A stretch of DNA of 64,000 nucleotides from Eledone cirrhosa (Eukaryota), in NCBI GenBank assembly GCA_964016885.1, contig OZ024766.1, positions 5,642,001-5,706,000 of the forward strand, given 5' to 3'. The notes beneath the pieces were generated by a model. The model saw only the letters and a list, made by a program, of their open reading frames with translations, made no database searches and was not told the DNA's origin. The position numbers and the translations under genes are program-made. Below, piece after piece: positions 55,401-64,000 of this stretch (its first letter is position 1; the number at the start of each line of letters is the position of its first letter).

Positions 55401-58400
55401 GAATCTCTGAATTGAGAGACCACAGCTCTGATACTACAGACATGTGGTTAGAATGTCTCAGGAAAGAATCTCTGAATTGAGAGATCACAGCGCTGATACT
55501 ACAGACATGTGGTTAGAATGTCTCAGGAAAGAATCTCTGAATTGAGAGATCACAGCGCTGATACTACAGACATGTGGTTAGAATGTCTCAGGAAAGAATC
55601 TCTGAATTGAGAGATCACAGCTCTTATACTACAGACATGTGGTTAGAATGTCTCAGGAAAGAATCTCTGAATTGAGAGATCACAGCTCTGATACTACAGA
55701 CATGTGGTTAGAATGTCTCAGGAAAGAATCTCTGAATTGAGAGACCACAGCTCTGGTACTACAGACATGTGGTTAGAATGTCTCAGGAAAGAATCTCTGA
55801 ATTGAGAGATCACAGCTCTGATACTACAGACATGTGGTTAGAATGTCTCAGGAAAGAATCTCTGAATTGAGAGATCACAGCTCTGATACTACAGACATGT
55901 GGTTAGAATGTCTCAGGAAAGAATCTCTGAATTGAGAGACCACAGCTCTGATACTACAGACATGTGGTTAGAATGTCTCAGGAAAGAATCTCTGAATTGA
56001 GAGATCACAGCTCTGATACTACAGACATGTGGTTAGAATGTCTCAGGAAAGAATCTCTGAATTGAGAGATCACAGCTCTGATACTACAGACATGTGGTTA
56101 GAATGTCTCAGGAGAGAATCTCTGAATTGAGAGATCACAGCTCTGATACTACAGACATGTGGTTAGAATGTCTCAGGAGAGAATCTCTGAAATGAGAGAT
56201 CACAGCTCTGATACTACAGACATGTGGTTAGAATGTCTCGGGAAAGAATCTCTGAATTGAGAGATCACAGCTCTGATACTACAGACATGTGGTTAGAATG
56301 TCTCAGGAGAGAATCTCTGAATTGAGAGACCACAGCTCTGATACTACAGACATGTGGTTAGAATGTCTGAGGAAAGAATCTCTGAATTGAGAGATCACAG
56401 CTCTGATACTACAGACATGTGGTTAGAATGTCTCAGGAAAGAATCTCTGGATTGAGAGACCACAGCTCTGATACTACAGACATGTGGTTAGAATGTCTCA
56501 GGAGAGAATCTCTGGATTGAGAGACCACAGCTCTGATACTACAGACATGTGGTTAGAATGTCTCAGGAAAGAATCTCTGAATTGAGAGATCACAGCTCTG
56601 ATACTACAGACATGTGGTTAGAATGTCTCAGGAAAGAATCTCTGAATTGAGAGATCACAGCTCTGATACTACAGACATGTGGTTAGAATGTCTCAGGAAA
56701 GAATCTCTGAATTGAGAGATCACAGCTCTGATACTACAGACATGTGGTTAGAATGTCTCAGGAGAGAATCTCTGGATTGAGAGACCACAGCTCTGATACT
56801 ACAGACATGTGGTTAGAATGTCTCAGGAAAGAATCTCTGAATTGAGAGATCACAGCTCTGATACTACAGACATGTGGTTAGAATGTCTCAGGAAAGAATC
56901 TCTGAATTGAGAGATCACAGCTCTGATACTACAGACATGTGGTTAGAATGTCTCAGGAAAGAATCTCTGAATTGAGAGATCACAGCTCTGATACTACAGA
57001 CATGTGGTTAGAATGTCTCAGGAAAGAATCTCTGAATTGAGAGATCACAGCTCTGATACTACAGACATGTGGTTAGAATGTCTCAGGAGAGAATCTCTGG
57101 ATTGAGAGACCACAGCTCTGATACTACAGACATGTGGTTAGAATGTCTCAGGAAAGAATCTCTGGATTGAGAGACCACAGCTCTGATACTACAGACATGT
57201 GGTTAGAATGTCTCAGGAGAGAATCTCTGGATTGAGAGACCACAGCTCTGATACTACAGACATGTGGTTAGAATGTCTCAGGAAAGAATCTCTGAATTGA
57301 GAGATCACAGCTCTGATACTACAGACATGTGGTTAGAATGTCTCAGGAAAGAATCTCTGAATTGAGAGATCACAGCGCTGATACTACAGACATGTGGTTA
57401 GAATGTCTCAGGAAAGAATCTCTGAATTGAGAGATCACAGCTCTTATACTACAGACATGTGGTTAGAATGTCTCAGGAAAGAATCTCTGAATTGAGAGAT
57501 CACAGCGCTGATACTACAGACATGTGGTTAGAATGTCTCAGGAAAGAATCTCTGAATTGAGAGATCACAGCGCTGATACTACAGACATGTGGTTAGAATG
57601 TCTCAGGAAAGAATCTCTGAATAGAGAGATCACAGCTCTTATACTACAGACATGTGGTTAGAATGTCTCAGGAAAGAATCTCTGAATTGAGAGATCACAG
57701 CGCTGATACTACAGACATGTGGTTAGAATGTCTCAGGAAAGAATCTCTGAATTGAGAGATCACAGCGCTGATACTACAGACATGTGGTTAGAATGTCTCA
57801 GGAAAGAATCTCTGAATTGAGAGATCACAGCGCTGATACTACAGACATGTGGTTAGAATGTCTCAGGAAAGAATCTCTGAATTGAGAGATCACAGCTCTG
57901 ATACTACAGACATGTGGTTAGAATGTCTCAGGAAAGAATCTCTGAATTGAGAGACCACAGCTCTGATACTACAGACATGTGGTTAGAATGTCTCAGGAAA
58001 GAATCTCTGAATTGAGAGACCACAGCTCTGATACTACAGACATGTGGTTAGAATGTCTCAGGAAAGAATCTCTGAATTGAGAGATCACAGCGCTGATACT
58101 ACAGACATGTGGTTAGAATGTCTCAGGAAAGAATCTCTGAATTGAGAGATCACAGCGCTGATACTACAGACATGTGGTTAGAATGTCTCAGGAAAGAATC
58201 TCTGAATTGAGAGATCACAGCTCTTATACTACAGACATGTGGTTAGAATGTCTCAGGAAAGAATCTCTGAATTGAGAGATCACAGCGCTGATACTACAGA
58301 CATGTGGTTAGAATGTCTCAGGAAAGAATCTCTGAATTGAGAGATCACAGCGCTGATACTACAGACATGTGGTTAGAATGTCTCAGGAAAGAATCTCTGA

Positions 58401-58770
58401 ATTGAGAGATCACAGCTCTTATACTACAGACATGTGGTTAGAATGTCTCAGGAAAGAATCTCTGAATTGAGAGATCACAGCTCTGATACTACAGACATGT
58501 GGTTAGAATGTCTCAGGAAAGAATCTCTGAATTGAGAGACCACAGCTCTGGTACTACAGACATGTGGTTAGAATGTCTGAGGAGAGAATCTCTGAAATGA
58601 GATAGATTTTACGGGCAAAACCAAGTGGCAGGAGACCCAGGGGTAGACCCTGAGCAAGATGGTTGGATAACATCCCTGAGCTTGGCTGGTCTCGTTTAGG
58701 GGATCCAGCTGGATCAGTTGGAGACCGTTGCTTCTGACAGGACCCACTGGAGGGAGTGTTTGAGGACTCA
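49500..58770 (+). mobile_element. Third RTE-family 3' fragment expanded by an internal satellite
   Basis: SLEIRESFNVELLLL*IER.. before the array and ..ILRAKPSGRRPRGRP*ARWLDNI..VASDRTHWRECL after it. Confidence 0.8.
49556..58603. repeat. 65-bp satellite, about 139 copies (9 kb), intronic
   Basis: tctgaattgagagatcacagctctgatactacagacatgtggttagaatgtctcaggaaagaatc. Confidence 0.98.
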
Positions 58771-58849
58771 GCCCCCCCCCCCCCCCCCCCCAACCCTCTC
58801 AAGAAGAAGAAGATGTCTTTATAAGCACCAGTTACCAAACGGTCCTTAC

Positions 58850-58900
58850 CATTTTGAATGCCTTCTGATATATTCCGACTGGAATAGTGGTGTGGGAGGC
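58850..58900 (-). CDS. Exon D (51 nt): ASHTTIPVGIYQKAFKM
   Basis: ttcctcttgtag acceptor, ATG|gtaagg donor; phase 0 to 0; fits between C and E. Confidence 0.75.
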
Positions 58901-59039
58901 CTACAAGAGGAACAACAACAATAACAACAACAACAACAACAACAATAGCAACAATAGCAACAATAACAATAACAACAATAACAACAACAACAATTTAAAA
59001 AATATACTGAAGTGAAAACCAAACCAAAGTGTTATATCA

Positions 59040-59920
59040 ACATGGTGTTTGGAACGTAACTTAACAAAGGACCAATATATTGTATATTGGTATATCAAGA
59101 TGGTGTTTGGAACGTAACTTAACAAAGAACCAATGTATATTGGTTTATTAACATGGTGTTTGGAACGTAACTTAACAAAGAACCAATGTATATTGGTTTA
59201 TTAACATGGTGTTTGGAACGTAACTTAACAAAGAACCAATGTATATTGGTTTATTAACATGGTGTTTGGAACGTAACTTAACAAAGAACCAATGTATATT
59301 GGTTTATTAACATGGTGTTTGGAACGTAACTTAACAAAGAACCAATGTATATTGGTTTATTAACATGGTGTTTGGAATGTAACTTAACAAAGAACCAATG
59401 TATATTGGTTTATTAACATGGTGTTTGGAATGTAACTTAACAAAGAACCAATGTATATTGGTTTATTAACATGGTGTTTGGAACGTAACTTAACAAAGAA
59501 CCAATGTATATTGGTTTATTAACATGGTGTTTGGAACGTAACTTAACAAAGAACCAATGTATATTGGTTTATTAACATGGTGTTTGGAACGTAACTTAAC
59601 AAAGAACCAATGTATATTGGTTTATTAACATGGTGTTTGGAATGTAACTTAACAAAGAACCAATGTATATTGGTTTATTAACATGGTGTTTGGAACGTAA
59701 CTTAACAAAGAACCAATGTATATTGGTTTATTAACATGGTGTTTGGAATGTAACTTAACAAAGAACCAATGTATATTGGTTTATTAACATGGTGTTTGGA
59801 ACGTAACTTAACAAAGGCTCAATATATATTGGTTTATTAACATGGTGTTTGGAATGTAACTTAACAAAGGCTCAATATATATTGGCATATTAAGATGGTG
59901 TTTGGTAGATAACTTAACAA
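59040..59920. repeat. 53-bp minisatellite, about 16 copies, with internal hairpin
   Basis: catggtgtttggaacgtaacttaacaaagAACCAATgtatATTGGTTtattaa. Confidence 0.95.
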
Positions 59921-60053
59921 AAATAATTTATATAGTGTCTGGAATATAACTTAACGAAGGTTCATGCAACAATATTCATAAATATTATAAATGTTATAGG
60001 CTGATTGCGAGCGAAAGTGTTCGAAACAAGGGAGATAAGAAGGGTTTACTTAC

Positions 60054-60146
60054 GTCCAAGAAGTAATATTCTCTGTTAAGAGTTATCCCCCCTACTGACT
60101 TTCTCTGTAACCCCCAAGCATCCGCCGCCAAACCACGGACTTTTAG
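60054..60146 (-). CDS. Exon C: LKVRGLAADAWGLQRKSVGGITLNREYYFLD
   Basis: tactttccag acceptor, gtaagt donor; 93 nt, phase 0 to 0; with exon B gives YxG-x-x-x-VRG-x-x-x-D-x-W, resembling ependymin/LolA-like proteins. Confidence 0.85.
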
Positions 60147-60518
60147 CTGGAAAGTATAATAAAAAGGGACTGAAAATTAGTAACAGACGACGGCGGTCCT
60201 CCGTCGGATATCGACGAGGAGTGTCTTAGTTTTTTGTTCGACAAAACTGCTTGCTCGTGAAATTAACGTATACGTATATACGTATATCGCAAACATATTT
60301 CTCAGGAACGGTCAGCAATACAGACATAGTTTAGACTGTGTGTGTGTGTATATATGAATGTGTGTGTGTATATATGAATGTGTGAGTGTATATGTGTATA
60401 CATGTGTGTATGTGTGTGTGTGTGTGAGCACATGCGTATATCTAAAAGTATATATATATGTGTGTTTGTATAAATAAATATATATATATATATGTATGTG
60501 TGTGTACATATGTATGTA

Positions 60519-60558
<40 letters not shown>

Positions 60559-60650
60559 TATATATGTATGTATGTATGTATGTATATATATATATATATA
60601 CATATATAGTAAGAGAAAAGAAAGAGTGCTTATAACATCAATCTATTTTT

Positions 60651-60702
60651 ATTCACTGACAGTGTTTCATCCATACCATGGAGCAGGACTCAGCAGAGCA
60701 TT
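60651..60702 (-). ncRNA. HHR-like motif, mutated core CUGCUGA
   Basis: Reverse complement reads gct CTGCTGA gtcc..ggat GAAA cactg TC agt. Confidence 0.5.
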
Positions 60703-61207
60703 GAAAACAAAAATACAATAATGAAGATAAGCTCTACCGACCTACATCATAAGAACAATAGATATATGGTACAGGATCATAGGATAATAGGGAGATTGGA
60801 GATGATACATAATAGGGTTGTTAGTCAGAGTAAGGAAAAATAAGGAAAAATAAGGAAAAATAAGGAAAAATAAGGAAAAAAAAGGGAAAAAAAGGAAAAA
60901 TAAGGAAAAATAAAATAAACTGAATCACACAAGAGATAGATGCATGTGAAGGAATAGTGAAGGCAATAAAGAAAAAAGAAAAAAGAAAAAAGAAAGAATA
61001 CTCAAAAATAATTAAAAGATAAATAAAGAAAAAAAAAATGAAAAAAATAATAAAAAATAAAAAATAAAAAATAATAATTTAAAAATAAAAAAATAAAAAA
61101 TAAAAATAATTAAAAAATAATTTTAAAAAATTAAAAGGATATTAAAAAATATATTTAAAAAATATAATAATAATAAAAAAAAAATATATATATATATATA
61201 TTATATT

Positions 61208-61283
<76 letters not shown>

Positions 61284-61884
61284 ATATATATATTATATAT
61301 ATATTATATATATATTATATATATATTATATATATATTATATATATATATATATTATAAATATATATTATATATATATATATATATTATATATATATATA
61401 TAAATATTATATAAATATTATATATATATATATATATATATAATATTTATATATATATATATATTATATATATGTATTATATATATATATATACACAGGA
61501 TGTCCCTCAAAAAATGTATACACATTTCAACAGCATTCTAATCAAAATGTGTATACATTTTTTGGAACACCCTATATATATGCATATATACTGTATATAT
61601 ACATATATATCCATACATATATATATATATATATATATTTGTGTATATATATTTGTATATATATATATATATATTTGTATATATATATATATATATTTGT
61701 ATATATATATATGTATATATATATTTGTATATATATATATGTATATATATATTTGTATATATATATATGTATATATATATGTGTGTATATATATTTGTGT
61801 ATATATATATATGTATATATATATATATGTGTGTATATATATATATATATTTACAGACAGGGGAGAGGAGGGGGTGACACTTAC

Positions 61885-62048
61885 CTTCCCTTTATATTTA
61901 AACAAGTCTGTATTTAATGACATTAGACTGTAAATGTCATCCATGTGTAGGACATTGCTCCAGCTGAGTCGTTCCAGGTCTGACAGGGAATTCTGGGAAG
62001 GTTTTATAAGACATGGCTGATACTTGTGGTCCAATACATACTGGATGC
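61885..62048 (-). CDS. Exon B: (G)[54 protein letters not shown]
   Basis: ctatttccag acceptor, AAG|gtaagt donor; 164 nt, phase 1 to 0; no stops. Confidence 0.88.
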
Positions 62049-62069
62049 CTGGAAATAGCAGCAGGGAGA

Positions 62070-63315
62070 TGTGTAGTGGTGGTGGTGGTGGTGTAGTGGT
62101 GGTGGTGTGGTGGTGGTGTGCTAGTGGTGGTGATGTAGTGGTGGTGGTGTAGTGGTGGTGGTGTTGGTGGTGGTGTAGTGGTGTGGTGGTGTTAGTGTGG
62201 TGGTGGTGGTGTACTAGTGGTGGTGTAGTGGCATTGGTGGTGGTGGTGTGGTGGTGTAGTGGTGGTGGTGTAGTGGTGGTGGTGGTGTGGTGGTGTAGTG
62301 GTGGTGGTGGTGTAGTGGTGGTGGTGTAGTGGTGGTGGCGGTGTGGTTTAGTGGTGGTGGTGGTTTAGTGGTGGTGGTGTAGAGGTGGTGGTGTTGGTGG
62401 TGGTGTAGTGGTGTTGGTGGTGGTGTAGTGGTGGTGTGATGTAGTGGTGGTGTGATGTAGTGGTGGTGGTATAGTGGTGCTGGTGTAGTGGTGCTGGTAG
62501 TGGTGGTGTAGTGGTGGTGTGATGTAGTGGTGGTGGTATAGTCATGGTGGTGGTGTGTTGGTGGTGGTGGTGGTGGTAGTGGTGGTGGTGTGTTGGTGTT
62601 GGTGGTGGTGTAGTGGTGGTGGTGTGTTGGTGGTGGTGGTGGTGTAGTGGTGCTGGTGGTGGTGGTGTAGTAGTGGTGGTAGTGGTAGTGTGATGTAGTG
62701 GTGTAGTGGTGCTGGTAGTGGTGGTGTAGTGGTGGTGTAGTGGTGGTGTGGTGGTGTAGTGGTGGTGGTGTGGTGGTGTAGTGGTGGTGGTGTAGTGGTG
62801 TAGTGGTGGTGGTAGTGGTGGTGTAGTGGTGTAGTGGTGGTGGTGTAGTGGTGCTGGTAGTGGTGTAGTGGTGGTGGTAGTGGTGTAGTGGTGCTGGTAG
62901 TGGTGGTGTAGTGGTGTAGTGGTGGTGTAGTGGTGTAGTGGTGGTGGTGTAGTGGTGCTGGTAGTGGTGTAGTGGTGGTGTAGTGGTGGTGTGGTGGTGT
63001 AGTGGTGGTGGTGTGGTGGTGTAGTGGTGGTGGTGTAGTGGTGTAGTGGTGGTGGTAGTGGTGGTGTAGTGGTGTAGTGGTGGTGGTGTAGTGGTGCTGG
63101 TAGTGGTGTAGTGGTGGTGTAGTGGTGGTGTAGTGGTGGTGTAGTGGTGGTGGTGTGGTGGTGTAGTGGTGGTGGTAGTGGTGTAGTGGTGCTGGTGTAG
63201 TGGTGGTGGTGTGGTGGTGCTGGTAGTGGTGTAGTGGTGGTGTAGTGGTGCTGGTAGTGGTGTAGTGGTGGTGTAGTGGTGGTGTAGTGGTGGTGTAGTG
63301 GTGGTGGTGTGTTGG
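62070..63315. repeat. (GTG/GTA)n microsatellite filling intron A-B
   Basis: Direct reading. Confidence 0.9.
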
Positions 63316-63322
63316 TACTCAC

Positions 63323-63428
63323 CCAGTCTGTAGTCTGTGACCATACGGATGCTACGCTCCGAAGAGTTGGTGTGGATCTCCGGGTAAAACTCCATCCTCA
63401 TTAACTTCTCTTCCCAGTCGAATAGGAC
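63323..63428 (-). CDS. Exon A (first visible; upstream exons lie beyond the window) of an uncharacterised type-I membrane protein with LolA/ependymin-like ectodomain: VLFDWEEKLMRMEFYPEIHTNSSERSIRMVTDYRL(G)
   Basis: tatttccag acceptor, G|gtgagt donor; 106 nt, phase 0 to 1; joins exon B in frame (DYRL-G-IQYVLD). Confidence 0.85.
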
Positions 63429-64000
63429 CTGGAAATATAGAGTGGGAGTGGGAGTGAGAGTGGGTGAGTGTGAGTGTGAGTGTGGGTGAGTGTGAGTGGG
63501 TGTGGGTGAGTGGGAGTGGGTGTGGGTGAGTGGGCGTGTGGATGAGTATGAGTGTGAGTGGGTGTGGGTGAGTGGGCGTGGGAGTGTAGGTGAGTGTGAG
63601 TGGGTGAGTGGGAGTGTGGAAATGTGGGTGAGTGGGAGTGGGTGTGGGTGAGTGGGCGTGAGTGGGCGAGCGTGGGTGAGTGGGAGTGGGTGAACGTGAA
63701 TGTGGGTGAACATGAGTGAAGGTGAGTGTGAGTGGGTGTGGGTGAGTGGGAGTGTAGGTGAGTGTGAGTGGGTGAATGGGAGTGCGGGTGAGTGTGACTG
63801 AAGGTGCGCGGGTGAGTGTGTGGGAGGGTCTGGGTGAGTGTGAGATTGAGTGAGGGTGGCTGATGGAGTGGGAGAGATAGAGCGAAAGAGAGGGTGAAAG
63901 TGTTGGAATGGAGAGCGAGACAGAGAGTGAGAGAGAGAGTGGGTGAGTGTGGTTGGGAGTGAGAGTGTATGAGTGAGTGGTAGTGGGAGAGTGAGAGTGA

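Overview
Repeat-saturated, AT-microsatellite-rich animal DNA. The SINE/RTE/Penelope content suggests an octopus-like cephalopod (inference). Nearly all ORFs in the supplied track are microsatellite artefacts. (1) Host gene: the 3' part of one minus-strand gene could be assembled by hand as 10 GT-AG exons with matching phases (63428 to stop at 36217, 1134 nt, 377 aa). It encodes a LolA/ependymin-like ectodomain, one C-terminal TM helix and a short Tyr-containing tail. (2) Decayed retroelements: three RTE families, a Tx1/L1 copy in TC-rich repeats, CR1-group fragments, two tRNA-headed SINE families and Neptune-type Penelope-like elements (PLEs). (3) About 20 hammerhead-ribozyme (HHR) motifs, 14 with a canonical CUGANGA core, mostly in outward-pointing inverted pairs inside (AT)n. 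(4) At least 12 minisatellites. Several are amplified pieces of functional modules: a splice donor, a splice acceptor, the putative poly(A) region, an HHR-like core and LINE/PLE coding segments, including a 9-kb 65-bp array. Everything was read by eye; no searches or folding were run.
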